Positions 1 through 7,990 of a DNA stretch of 12,453 nt are shown here, in pieces. Position numbers and translations under genes: made by a program. The stretch is from a virus. Lineage: Duplodnaviria > Heunggongvirae > Uroviricota > Caudoviricetes. The stretch is taken from the IMG/VR virus record IMGVR_UViG_2548876944_000018; one strand, written 5' to 3'. The stretch's first letter is position 1. Each line of letters starts with the position of its first letter. The notes beneath the pieces were generated by a model that saw nothing but the letters and a program-made list of their open reading frames with translations, was not told the DNA's origin and did no database searches.

Positions 1-411
1 ATGTGGACGGCTGCTACCGATGCATGGAACGATCCGACCAACGTCACCACAGGACAAAAGATCGCTGCTGCTGCATTGGCTGTTTCTCAGAACATGGGGA
101 ACATTGCAAACATCAAGTCTACTAATGTTAGCGGTATGGCTCATGATGGTATCGATAACATCCCGCGTGAGGGTACATGGTTGCTTGATAAGGGTGAACG
201 AGTAGTTGATCAGCGTACTAACGGCGATTTGAAAGACTTCCTTGCTGCTCAAAAATCAGGTGGTGGTAACTCTCAGCCGATTGAAGTTAATGCGCCTTTG
301 AACATTAACGGCAACGTTAATAGCTCAGACAAGATGGTCATGGATGCTATCAAACGTCACGCTAAGTTAGTTGCTCAGGCGGTAGAAGACGCACAGCGTC
401 GTAAGATGTAA
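1..411 (+). CDS. Probable 3' end of a large tail gene, most likely the tape measure protein (partial at the window edge)
   Basis: Open frame from base 1 to TAA at 409-411. It sits directly upstream of the minor-tail/J-like genes, where lambda-like operons place the tape measure gene. Gly/Asn/Ala-rich sequence with no recognisable catalytic motif. The ATG at position 1 may be coincidental; the true start is probably upstream of the window. Confidence 0.45.
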   Translation: MWTAATDAWNDPTNVTTGQKIAAAALAVSQNMGNIANIKSTNVSGMAHDGIDNIPREGTWLLDKGERVVDQRTNGDLKDFLAAQKSGGGNSQPIEVNAPLNINGNVNSSDKMVMDAIKRHAKLVAQAVEDAQRRKM

Positions 412-416
412 TTAAA

Positions 417-460
417 AGCCCCCATAGTCATAAATAATCATAAAACTATGGGGGCTTTTC
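417..460 (+). terminator. Intergenic stem-loop, terminator or attenuator
   Basis: Perfect 12-bp inverted repeat AGCCCCCATAGT (417-428) / ACTATGGGGGCT (445-456) around a 16-nt loop, followed by a short T run (CTTTTC). The 3' arm contains the GGGGG Shine-Dalgarno of the next gene, whose ATG is at 462. Confidence 0.5.
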
Positions 461-461
461 T

Positions 462-1022
462 ATGTTCAAATCCAAGAATATTAAAATCACAGATTTTACT
501 CTTAAATCAAAACAGCCTTTCTTCAAGGCGCAATCTATTTCTGGTAAGTTCCAGCGTCGCTTTACTGGTATTCATTTTTATGAAGCAGAATTTACAGCTA
601 ATTTCATGGCTCAGGATATTAACGAAGTAAAAGAATTTGTAGCACGTCACCTTTTTGGTCGTCCTTTTAGTGTGCCACTGTCTTACTTTTCAAAATATAC
701 AGGTGATGTACGCCAGATGGTAACGGCTGCTGCTGGTACTGCTCGCGGTGGGCGTAAGGTAAGACTCTCCAACTTCACCGGAACACTGAAAGCGGGAACT
801 ATCATCCAGTTTGAGAACCACAAGAAAATCTACACGATCACCGAAGACGTGAAATCAGGTGGTGAAATGAAACTCTTCCCTAACTTGCGTCAGAACGTCC
901 TGGCTGGTGAGGTGATCAAGTATCAGAACGTTGAGGGTGAATTTCTTCTCAAAACTGAAAACATCGATTGGAAGATCGCCCAGATTGGCAAGATGAAATT
1001 CGAATTAGTGGAGAATGTATAA
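462..1022 (+). CDS. Minor tail protein (distal tail / gpM position), 186 aa
   Basis: ATG at 462 with GGGGG 6 nt upstream. The stop TAA (1020-1022) overlaps the next ATG as TAATG, indicating translational coupling. Function is assigned from position between the tape measure and J-like genes only; no motif was recognised. Confidence 0.6.
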   Translation: MFKSKNIKITDFTLKSKQPFFKAQSISGKFQRRFTGIHFYEAEFTANFMAQDINEVKEFVARHLFGRPFSVPLSYFSKYTGDVRQMVTAAAGTARGGRKVRLSNFTGTLKAGTIIQFENHKKIYTITEDVKSGGEMKLFPNLRQNVLAGEVIKYQNVEGEFLLKTENIDWKIAQIGKMKFELVENV

Positions 1023-1675
1023 TGGCAACTATTCAGGAATCATTCAGCAAACTATGCACTAATCTGGACTTCATCGAGGTATACAACGACCAGACAGGTC
1101 AGAATGTGTCTAGATTGACTCTACCGCAGCTTTTTTCTACTGGATCGATGTTTCACATTATCGAAGTGATTACCGCGTCAGGGGACGTTCTACGGCTTAC
1201 AGATGGGTATTTCGATTTGGACTATAACGGATTTACGTATCTCGCAACGGGTGATTTTCTTCAAATCTCATCGAATACCGAAGAGAAGGAGATCAACAAC
1301 AACGGGATTAACGTAACCGTTTCTAACGTTCGCGAAGAATACATTACTCTCATTCGAAACAAGCAATTCGATAAATCCGATGTGAAAATCGAGATGGTTT
1401 TCCTTAACCCCAACACGGGCAAGGTTGAAACCACTTACCCTGTTTTCCGTGGGGTAGTCGATTCCATCGGTATTAACATCGAACATGAAGATGATGAGTG
1501 TAAAAACGAATCAGAATTTCAGCTTAATAGTATCTGGGAAGTTCTAGATAAAAACGCTCGTAGTCATGCCTCCGATGGTATCCACCGATCCTATGCCGGA
1601 AACGAGAATGATCTATTCTTCTCTCGTGCCGGGAAGTGGAATAGCGAAAGCCGCTGGCACTCGTCTAAAAAATAA
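1022..1675 (+). CDS. Minor tail protein (gpL position), 217 aa
   Basis: The track ORF 968-1675 begins with TTG. The ATG at 1022 has GGAGAA 6 nt upstream and overlaps the preceding stop (TAATG). Size and position resemble lambda gpL, but no Fe-S cysteine cluster is visible, so the function is positional. Confidence 0.6.
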   Translation: MATIQESFSKLCTNLDFIEVYNDQTGQNVSRLTLPQLFSTGSMFHIIEVITASGDVLRLTDGYFDLDYNGFTYLATGDFLQISSNTEEKEINNNGINVTVSNVREEYITLIRNKQFDKSDVKIEMVFLNPNTGKVETTYPVFRGVVDSIGINIEHEDDECKNESEFQLNSIWEVLDKNARSHASDGIHRSYAGNENDLFFSRAGKWNSESRWHSSKK

Positions 1676-1697
1676 GACTGAAACTAAATGGCACACT

Positions 1698-1744
1698 AAA
1701 GCCCTCAATAAATATAGGAGAGATTCTTTATTTTTGAGGGCTTT
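1698..1744 (+). terminator. Intergenic stem-loop upstream of the homing endonuclease gene
   Basis: Perfect 11-bp inverted repeat AAAGCCCTCAA (1698-1708) / TTGAGGGCTTT (1734-1744) with an AT-rich ~25-nt loop that contains AGGAGAG. The 3' arm contains the GAGGG nearest the ATG at 1750. Only a weak T tract follows. Confidence 0.5.
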
Positions 1745-1749
1745 CCTAT

Positions 1750-2520
1750 ATGCAAAAATTCCATTACGTTTATCACACCACTATTAAATCTAATCGCTCT
1801 GGTAAAATCTATCATTACGTCGGAAAAAGAACAACCACAAATCTAGACGATGGATATGTGGGATCGGGTAAAGTTATTAAAATGATGAAGCGTAAAAATA
1901 AAGAATCAGAAACCCCGATATATGAATTTGAAGTTGTTCGTTCAAAATTGTTTGATACTGCCGAGGAAGCGTTTGAATGTGAAATCCTGTTAGTGGAGGC
2001 AGCACGCGAAAAATGGGGGCGTGGTGTATGTCTTAATATAGCTCCTGGTGGTGTCGGTGGTTTTGATGGTGGTGAAAATCATCCTTTTTACGGAAGAAAA
2101 CATACACCGGAATCTAGAGCTAAAATGTCGGCATCTCGAATGGGTGAAAAGAACCATCGCTATGGTAAACCTAGTGCAATGAGAGGCAAAAAAGTAACAA
2201 ACCCAGAAATATTAGCTAAATTATCGGCTGCTACTCGTGGAGAGAATAACCCCCGTTATGGTAAACCTGTATCAGAAGAAACACGCGAAAAGATTAGAAA
2301 AGCACATCTAGGGCGCAAGCGACCAGAAAGCTCTACCAAGAAATATACACATTCTATACGTATTGCTAAAGGTCAAGGCTGTTGGCAGCATTACGATGAA
2401 ATCCGGCGCGTGTGGATTGAAAACGGTAAACCCGGCGCGGTTAAATTGAGTCAAATCATGGTTAGCTTAGGCCATCCAAAATACAACCTTCGTAGAATGT
2501 ACGAAGACTTCAAGAAATAA
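1750..2520 (+). CDS. GIY-YIG family homing endonuclease with three NUMOD3 repeats (Seg / I-TevI-like), 256 aa
   Basis: N-terminal HYVY...YHYVGKRT (GIY-YIG-like module), FECEIL (compare FECSIL in I-TevI as recalled) and LNIAPGG (conserved Asn region). Three NUMOD3-type repeats follow: NHPFYGRKHTPESRAKMS, NHRYGKPSAMRGKK and NNPRYGKPVSEETREKIRKAH, then a basic C-terminal tail. The gene is visibly more AT-rich than the flanking tail genes. Confidence 0.85.
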   Translation: MQKFHYVYHTTIKSNRSGKIYHYVGKRTTTNLDDGYVGSGKVIKMMKRKNKESETPIYEFEVVRSKLFDTAEEAFECEILLVEAAREKWGRGVCLNIAPGGVGGFDGGENHPFYGRKHTPESRAKMSASRMGEKNHRYGKPSAMRGKKVTNPEILAKLSAATRGENNPRYGKPVSEETREKIRKAHLGRKRPESSTKKYTHSIRIAKGQGCWQHYDEIRRVWIENGKPGAVKLSQIMVSLGHPKYNLRRMYEDFKK

Positions 2521-2566
2521 TCCCTTCTCCCTAAGCCTAGTAAATAACAGCATGGAGGTATTCAAC

Positions 2567-2986
2567 ATGCTAAAAACTAGGCTTATCACCGATTACATCA
2601 ATTCTTTAATAGGTCAGGAGTTCGTTCAAGGCGAGAATGATTGCAATATAATTGCATGTAAGATCATCGATATTCTCGCTGGTACTGACCTATATAATTC
2701 TCTTTATAAAAAATATTCAACGAAAGAAGAAGGCTTGAAAATCTGCAAAGAATTAAGCGGATACACAAATATCCTTCAACCAATTAAGAAACATTTCAAA
2801 CTAGTCACTGATGATTTACAGGACGGCGACTTACTGGTCACAGCCCACAAATTAGGAAACCGCAAATATTATTCCGTAGTTCCTCATTATTCCGGTTATG
2901 GCCTCGTTGAAGAAGATGGTATCTGGATGACCATTCCTGTTTCAGACATTGACTATGAACAAGTTTATAGATTCGGGGGTGAATAA
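2567..2986 (+). CDS. Tail assembly/tail tip protein (gpK position), possibly NlpC/P60-like, about 139 aa
   Basis: The track ORF starts at 2552, but the ATG at 2567 has GGAGGT 7 nt upstream. Its stop overlaps the J-like ATG (TAATG at 2984-2988). It contains a DC dipeptide (GENDCNII) and downstream His residues, loosely reminiscent of a Cys-His peptidase. The call is mostly positional. Confidence 0.5.
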   Translation: MLKTRLITDYINSLIGQEFVQGENDCNIIACKIIDILAGTDLYNSLYKKYSTKEEGLKICKELSGYTNILQPIKKHFKLVTDDLQDGDLLVTAHKLGNRKYYSVVPHYSGYGLVEEDGIWMTIPVSDIDYEQVYRFGGE

Positions 2987-5900
2987 TGGGATTTGAAATA
3001 TTAGTAGGCGCGGTTATTGCTGGTGCGTCTGCTGGGATGGCTGCTGCTGCAACATTTTCTGTTATGACCGCAGTCGCTATCGGTATGGCTGCTGGTGCAA
3101 TGACCTTGATCGCTTCCACTGTAGGCGCACCAAAAACACCGAAAGTACAAAGCTCAGATAATGCGGTGACACTAGGAACATCAAACGATCCGAAAGCGGT
3201 GATACCAGTCGTTTTCGGTACTACCCGCACTGGCACAAACTGTGTTTACAAAGCAGTTTCTAAGCAAGAAAACAATAAGCTAGTGCAAATCTTCTCTGTA
3301 GCCGAGGGTGAAATCGACCATTACAAAGCACTCTTTATTGATAATAAAAACGTTCTCATTAGCCAGAATATGACAATTCGTGATGGCATTCTCGATAAAG
3401 GAAACATTAAAGACGAATACCGCAAAGTGTTAGAAGTCGAGTTTCGCACTGGTAAAAATCCTAACACTGCATTGGATCTGGCTAAACATCATTTGGGCGC
3501 AGATTGGGATGATCGGTATCAGGGTAACGGCATTGCGACCATGTGTATTGTGTTACGTCGTGACGATAAATCTTTGGCTGCTGGTGTTGATATCCTTCAA
3601 CCAAATAGCCAAGTGGCAGTCGATGTTATGGGCTTAAAAATCCGTAACCTCGAAACCAATGCTATTGAGGCAAGCACTAACGGCGTGGACCAGATTTTCC
3701 ATTATCTGACAAATACAAAGTATGGTCTTAGTGTACCGATTGAAAATATTAACGTTGATTCATTCCTGAAAGTGCGTAAACAAGTACGCCAGATGGACCT
3801 ACATTCCAACGGTGCATGTGATCCGAACGCCAGCTTTAAAGAGAACTTGACCAGTCTTATGCAGACTTTCGGCGGGGTAATGTTCGAATCCTTCGGAAGA
3901 ATTACCCTGAAACTGGATGCTCCTGATATTGTTAAGCATACCTTCAATGAAGACAATATCATGATGGGTAAGGTATCACTGAAAACAGGTGGCACTAACG
4001 GTTATTTCAATACCATTAACGCGATGTATCAAGAACCATCAATCGACTATTCAGAGCAAATGCTACGTTATCCGGCTGATGCTGAAAACGATGCTACTAT
4101 TCGTCAAGATGGTCGAATTATCGCTAAAGATATTGAATATCGTTTTGTTAAGTCTAAAGCCCAGATTGATAAACTAGCGAGTGTAGAACGAAATAAATCT
4201 CGTATCACTCAGGTTATCAGCTTTATGACTACTGACGCATTCACTGCCGAAGTGTGGGATGTTATTAGCGTTACCTATGATGAATTGAAACTGAATAATT
4301 CACTTTGGCGCATTACTGCAATTGATCGTTCTATTGATTCTGGTATTGCTGGGATGATGACTATCACCGCTACAGAATATAATTCTCAGGTTTATACTGA
4401 CCTGAACTATGCGGCGACTCCAGACAATAGACCTACTGGTTTACCGGATTCAATGACAGTACAGAAGCCTACTAATTTCAGAATTAAGGCAACTGGTGAG
4501 ACAATCCACGGTAAAAACGTAACTTTGACATGGGATGCACCGGAAGATTTCAACCGTTATGGTTTCCAGATTGATTATCGTGTGAGTGGATCACCTAACT
4601 GGATTAAGCTGGGACAGACTTCACAGCAAATTTTCAATATCAATGCACTGGCAAAAGATCGCTCCTACGATTACCGCGTTTGTGCTTTCGGTATTATTGC
4701 TCGTTCCGAATGGGTGGAACTGGTTAACCAGAATCCTACTGTTACCTATGAATTGCCTACGCCAGTGATCCGCATCAAAAATCAGGGTAGTTCACCTGGT
4801 ACTTTCGAAGGCAATGATCTGATTATCGAATGGGAAAATCAGCAACAATTAGATGTGATGATCAACGGTGAAGCTAACAAGTTTAGTGACCTGTTTGAAG
4901 CATACATTATCAAGGTAACTAACAAGGCTGGTAAGTCTATTCAGTACCGTACCCGCGATCCTGAATCATGGACTTATACGCTTGATATGAACCAGTTTAA
5001 CGGCCTTTCGCGTCAATTGACGGTAGAAGTATCCGTTAAGGGCTATAACAACTCAGAGAGCGCCCCAGCGCGTTTAGTGGCTATCAACCCACAACATAAG
5101 CCGATGAAAGGTTTTAGTGCGCGTGGTGGCTTTAATACTGCGTTTGTTAGCTGGGCGGATGACGTAGAACATGACTATGCAGGGTCAATCATTCAGTATG
5201 CAACCGATAACACTTTCTCCGATGCAAGGGCAGTGACTACCAATAGCGTTAGTCATACTTCCTTTGATTTGGCTGACGGTGATTATTATATCCGTGGTGC
5301 TCACTATGATATTTTCGGTATGGATGATGCTGTTTGGTCCGAACCGTATTTCATGCAAATGAAATCTACCATTAGCTGGGACGATCAGGACAAAGAAGCA
5401 CTGGAAGACCTGATCGGTTTACAAGATCGATTAGATGAAACTATCGCGGATGCTATTAAGCAAGCTGGCGCTAATGCCGATGCTAAAATTGATGCAATGC
5501 ATAAACAGATTACTACCGAGACAGGGCAGACGGTCCAAGCCTCAGCCGATACTCTCAAGAGTCTGATTGCTACCAGTGAGCAAGCCAGCGCAACTAAGAT
5601 TGATCAGGTTAAAGCTGAACTGAAAGGCGATATCACCAAAGAAGTTAGCGCATCCGCTACTACCCTGAAACAAGCAATTGCTACCAGTGAGGCAGCAAGC
5701 GCAAGTAAGATTGATCAAGTTCGGGTAGAAATGGATGGCAAGATTGCTGGTGTGAATCAGGAAGCAGATGTAAAAATCGATGCTTTGAAGGGAACCATTA
5801 ACAGCAAATATAATCTGGCAGTTAATGCAGATGGTCGCGTGGCTGGTATTCATATGAGCGCAACCAATGATCCGGCAGAACCGACAAGAATCATCTTTAC

Positions 5901-6732
5901 GGCTGATAAAATCGCGGTAGCTCCACAAGACGGATCCGAAGTTTGTCCGTTTGGCATCGAAGATAACAAAGTTTATCTTGATAATGCGATGATTCGTAAT
6001 GCTGCAATTGGCACAGCCCAGATTAGTGATGCGGCTATTACCACGGCTAAGATCGGCACAGCCCAGATTAACGGCGCTCACATCCAACACGCACAGATCG
6101 GAACGGGTCATATCATTGATGGCTCTATCGATAATGCTAAAATTGGTAACTATATCCAGTCTTATAACTGGAATGGTAACGATGGATGGTATATCGGCAA
6201 AGATGGCACTTGTCATTTTAGACACGCTAATATTCGTGGTCATTTGGTGGCTGATTCCGGCGAAATGAACAACGTAACGATTAATTCAAGTTGCCGCATT
6301 TTGGGTATGCTTGATGCTAATCAGGTGCGTGGTGACTTCGTGAAAGTGGTTGGTAGGAGTTTCCCACATCGTCAACCAAACTGGCCTGATGGTGCAATCA
6401 CTGTAAGGGTCGAAGATGATCATCCATTCGATCGCCAAATAGTGATTCCAGCGATTCATCATAACGGGTCTGTTCGTCGTGGCGAAAGTAGCGATCATTG
6501 GGATACTTGCCGACTAATCGTTAAGAAAAATGGTGGTGTTCTATATGATCGCACTGCAACTTCTGGCTGTATGTACAGTGGAGTTATTGACATGCCAGCC
6601 GGACACGGGGCAGTAACAATGACTTTTGAAGTTTACTGTAAGGGCGTTAACAACTATAACCCAAGTGCATATATCAGCGATCTAACGGTAATGGTAACTA
6701 AGAAAGCCGCTACTGGTATTTCTGTTTCTTAA
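2986..6732 (+). CDS. J: Host specificity protein J-like central tail fiber / tail tip protein, 1248 aa
   Basis: A 3.7-kb ORF at the end of the tail operon with a GGGGG Shine-Dalgarno. The middle contains fibronectin-III-like segments (for example NVTLTWDAPEDF...YDYRVCAFG). The C-terminal ~130 aa contain DDHPFDRQIV, VIDMPAG and MVTKKAATGISVS, which closely match the lambda gpJ C-terminal receptor-binding region as I recall it (DDHPFDRQIV, IVDMPAG, MVIKKQALGISVV). Confidence 0.9.
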   Translation: MGFEILVGAVIAGASAGMAAAATFSVMTAVAIGMAAGAMTLIASTVGAPKTPKVQSSDNAVTLGTSNDPKAVIPVVFGTTRTGTNCVYKAVSKQENNKLVQIFSVAEGEIDHYKALFIDNKNVLISQNMTIRDGILDKGNIKDEYRKVLEVEFRTGKNPNTALDLAKHHLGADWDDRYQGNGIATMCIVLRRDDKSLAAGVDILQPNSQVAVDVMGLKIRNLETNAIEASTNGVDQIFHYLTNTKYGLSVPIENINVDSFLKVRKQVRQMDLHSNGACDPNASFKENLTSLMQTFGGVMFESFGRITLKLDAPDIVKHTFNEDNIMMGKVSLKTGGTNGYFNTINAMYQEPSIDYSEQMLRYPADAENDATIRQDGRIIAKDIEYRFVKSKAQIDKLASVERNKSRITQVISFMTTDAFTAEVWDVISVTYDELKLNNSLWRITAIDRSIDSGIAGMMTITATEYNSQVYTDLNYAATPDNRPTGLPDSMTVQKPTNFRIKATGETIHGKNVTLTWDAPEDFNRYGFQIDYRVSGSPNWIKLGQTSQQIFNINALAKDRSYDYRVCAFGIIARSEWVELVNQNPTVTYELPTPVIRIKNQGSSPGTFEGNDLIIEWENQQQLDVMINGEANKFSDLFEAYIIKVTNKAGKSIQYRTRDPESWTYTLDMNQFNGLSRQLTVEVSVKGYNNSESAPARLVAINPQHKPMKGFSARGGFNTAFVSWADDVEHDYAGSIIQYATDNTFSDARAVTTNSVSHTSFDLADGDYYIRGAHYDIFGMDDAVWSEPYFMQMKSTISWDDQDKEALEDLIGLQDRLDETIADAIKQAGANADAKIDAMHKQITTETGQTVQASADTLKSLIATSEQASATKIDQVKAELKGDITKEVSASATTLKQAIATSEAASASKIDQVRVEMDGKIAGVNQEADVKIDALKGTINSKYNLAVNADGRVAGIHMSATNDPAEPTRIIFTADKIAVAPQDGSEVCPFGIEDNKVYLDNAMIRNAAIGTAQISDAAITTAKIGTAQINGAHIQHAQIGTGHIIDGSIDNAKIGNYIQSYNWNGNDGWYIGKDGTCHFRHANIRGHLVADSGEMNNVTINSSCRILGMLDANQVRGDFVKVVGRSFPHRQPNWPDGAITVRVEDDHPFDRQIVIPAIHHNGSVRRGESSDHWDTCRLIVKKNGGVLYDRTATSGCMYSGVIDMPAGHGAVTMTFEVYCKGVNNYNPSAYISDLTVMVTKKAATGISVS
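5539..5760 (+). repeat. Imperfect tandem duplication of about 111 bp (37 codons) inside the J-like gene
   Basis: ATTGCTACCAGTGAG occurs at 5566-5580 and 5677-5691, and AAGATTGATCA(G/A)GTT at 5596-5610 and 5707-5721, both with a 111-nt offset. The peptide units are ASADTLKSLIATSEQASATKIDQVKAELKGDITKE and VSASATTLKQAIATSEAASASKIDQVRVEMDGKIAG. Confidence 0.75.
6001..6150 (+). repeat. Ten consecutive pentapeptide repeats (A-x-I-x-x) inside the J-like gene
   Basis: Translation reads AAIGT AQISD AAITT AKIGT AQING AHIQH AQIGT GHIID GSIDN AKIGN, with Ile at a strict 5-residue period. GGCACAGCCCAGATTA is repeated at 6010-6025 and 6055-6070. Confidence 0.7.
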
Positions 6733-6750
6733 AATTTAATTCTAATAATT

Positions 6751-6792
6751 AATCCCGCTTAATTCTTTTGAGTTAGGCGGGATTATTTTTAT
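6751..6792 (+). terminator. Rho-independent terminator after the J-like gene
   Basis: AATCCCGCTTAA (6751-6762) pairs with TTAGGCGGGATT (6773-6784): an 8-bp GC-rich stem plus 3 bp with one mismatch, around a 10-nt loop, followed by ATTTTTAT. Confidence 0.7.
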
Positions 6793-6837
6793 CTAAATAA
6801 TTCTGCCATTAAATTATATAAAAATATCGGGGGCGTA

Positions 6838-7116
6838 ATGACTGAAATTATATATGGCGGTATCGGTGTTATCGCCTTAATTTGTGGTGGGCTTTGGAGA
6901 CTTCACCGAAATCAATTAGCCACAGAAAATAGATTGTCGAAATTGGAATCCAGCGACGCATTGTTAAACCAGAAGTTTGAGACGATGCAGAATAACCATA
7001 CTCAGATTGCTGAACGTGTTTACCAAATGGAACAAACACTACACGGTATAGAGAAGAAAGTGGTTGCGATGGACGCCAAATTTGACCAAGTTCTCGACAT
7101 ACTCAAACAAAAATAA
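6838..7116 (+). CDS. Membrane-anchored coiled-coil protein, 92 aa (possible lysis or exclusion protein, holin/spanin-like)
   Basis: ATG with GGGGG 6 nt upstream. It has an N-terminal hydrophobic helix (IIYGGIGVIALICGGLW) followed by about 70 aa of charged, heptad-like sequence. No homolog was recognised. Confidence 0.6.
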   Translation: MTEIIYGGIGVIALICGGLWRLHRNQLATENRLSKLESSDALLNQKFETMQNNHTQIAERVYQMEQTLHGIEKKVVAMDAKFDQVLDILKQK

Positions 7117-7134
7117 TAATAAAGGGGTGAATAT

Positions 7135-7305
7135 ATGAAGAATAAACTTAAGAAATATTTTGGTTATCTCTTGATTGTCGCCCTCACTTATAACGTAGCT
7201 ATTAGACCTCTGCTAACGTCCTTTGGGCTTGAACTCCCGGCTATGACCGTGGATGAACAATTGCTAAGGACACTGGCGGGGGGCTTTTCGTTATTAGGGG
7301 GCTAA
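7135..7305 (+). CDS. Small membrane protein, 56 aa (not in the supplied ORF track)
   Basis: My own translation gives MKNKLKKYFGYLLIVALTYNVAIRPLLTSFGLELPAMTVDEQLLRTLAGGFSLLGG. GGGGTG lies 6 nt upstream of the ATG, and the ORF exactly fills the gap between neighbouring genes (TAA at 7303-7305, next ATG at 7307). It has a basic N-terminus followed by one hydrophobic helix. Confidence 0.5.
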   Translation: MKNKLKKYFGYLLIVALTYNVAIRPLLTSFGLELPAMTVDEQLLRTLAGGFSLLGG

Positions 7306-7306
7306 C

Positions 7307-7990
7307 ATGGCAACCAGTACCAATAAACGAAACGCTCTAAGGACAAAGAAAGCGTTACGCCAATGGACTGATAAAGCAACCGATACATTCGAAAGGGCGA
7401 TAGGTGAAGGGGCGATCTTTGCTGCTCGTGCACTCCAGAAGAAGATTAACAAGAATGTTGATAGACCTACTCGATGGACTCAGCAAGCTGTAGGTAATAC
7501 CAACTACAAGAACCGATCAGGGACGAGACACCAAATCTTCATCAAGGGCGCAAGGGATAAGGACAAGAAGATCGGCAGTCAGGATGACTATCTGAAACAC
7601 TATTTCGATGGTGGCAAAATCAATAAGCTAGTGCCAATCGCCAACGGCAAGGTCTTAGACTCCCACGGGAACATTAAGGCCATTAAAGGCGGTAAGATGA
7701 TGCGTAACATCGAAAACGGCAACTTCATCAAGGTAGAGAACAAGGAAGGGACTTTTATCATGAAGAAGTACAAGCCTAAGAAATCCCGAACCAAACGCGC
7801 TAAGAATGGATCGGCGGTGGCAAAACGTCGCTTAGAGAAACGCATCCAGAAACAGAGTAAGCGAATTGTTGCCGTTAAGTCGGATAAAATTTCTACTCGT
7901 TATTCGACGCTAGGATCGTGGGAAAGCAACGAGGAAATGATGCTTAAGAACATTAATAAGCACATTAAATCGCGCATGAGATACGTTTAA
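7307..7990 (+). CDS. Highly basic (Lys/Arg-rich) hypothetical protein, 227 aa
   Basis: ATG with GGGGG upstream, tightly packed with its neighbours. Basic residues are abundant throughout, especially KKYKPKKSRTKRAKNGSAVAKRRLEKRIQKQSKR near the C-terminus. No catalytic motif was recognised. Confidence 0.7.
   Translation: MATSTNKRNALRTKKALRQWTDKATDTFERAIGEGAIFAARALQKKINKNVDRPTRWTQQAVGNTNYKNRSGTRHQIFIKGARDKDKKIGSQDDYLKHYFDGGKINKLVPIANGKVLDSHGNIKAIKGGKMMRNIENGNFIKVENKEGTFIMKKYKPKKSRTKRAKNGSAVAKRRLEKRIQKQSKRIVAVKSDKISTRYSTLGSWESNEEMMLKNINKHIKSRMRYV

Noticed and set aside
20-630. Short track ORFs 20-205 and 448-630, and other small overlapping ORFs (1268-1486, 1566-1787, 3702-3995, 3989-4177, 4586-4768, 5999-6268, 6286-6498, 7600-7845, 9341-9586, 10227-10442, 10607-10822, 11836-12162)
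   Set aside because: All are nested in or antisense to longer, better-supported genes, lack ribosome-binding sites, and give low-complexity translations.
968-1021. Track start at 968 for the second minor tail gene
   Set aside because: Position 968 is a TTG inside the upstream gene. The ATG at 1022 has a GGAGAA Shine-Dalgarno and overlaps the upstream stop (TAATG), so 1022 is the real start.
2552-2566. Track start at 2552 for the gpK-position gene
   Set aside because: The ATG at 2567 lies 7 nt downstream of GGAGGT, whereas 2552 has no Shine-Dalgarno. The 5 extra residues are unlikely to be translated.
2838-3236. 132-aa ORF on the minus strand
   Set aside because: It is antisense across the junction of the gpK-position gene and the J-like gene. 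Its Ala-rich translation mirrors the Ala/Gly-rich J N-terminus. It is spurious.
5542-6243. 233-aa ORF on the minus strand
   Set aside because: It lies entirely antisense inside the strongly supported J-like gene. It has no ribosome-binding site, and its Cys- and Ile-rich low-complexity translation is typical of the reverse frame of a repeat-rich gene.
6792-6837. Possible sigma-70 promoter upstream of the gene at 6838 (TATATA / TATAAA)
   Set aside because: A -10-like AT-rich hexamer exists, but no acceptable -35 lies at 16-18 bp spacing and any start site would fall almost on the Shine-Dalgarno. Read-through from the leaky upstream terminator is the simpler explanation. It is left unannotated.
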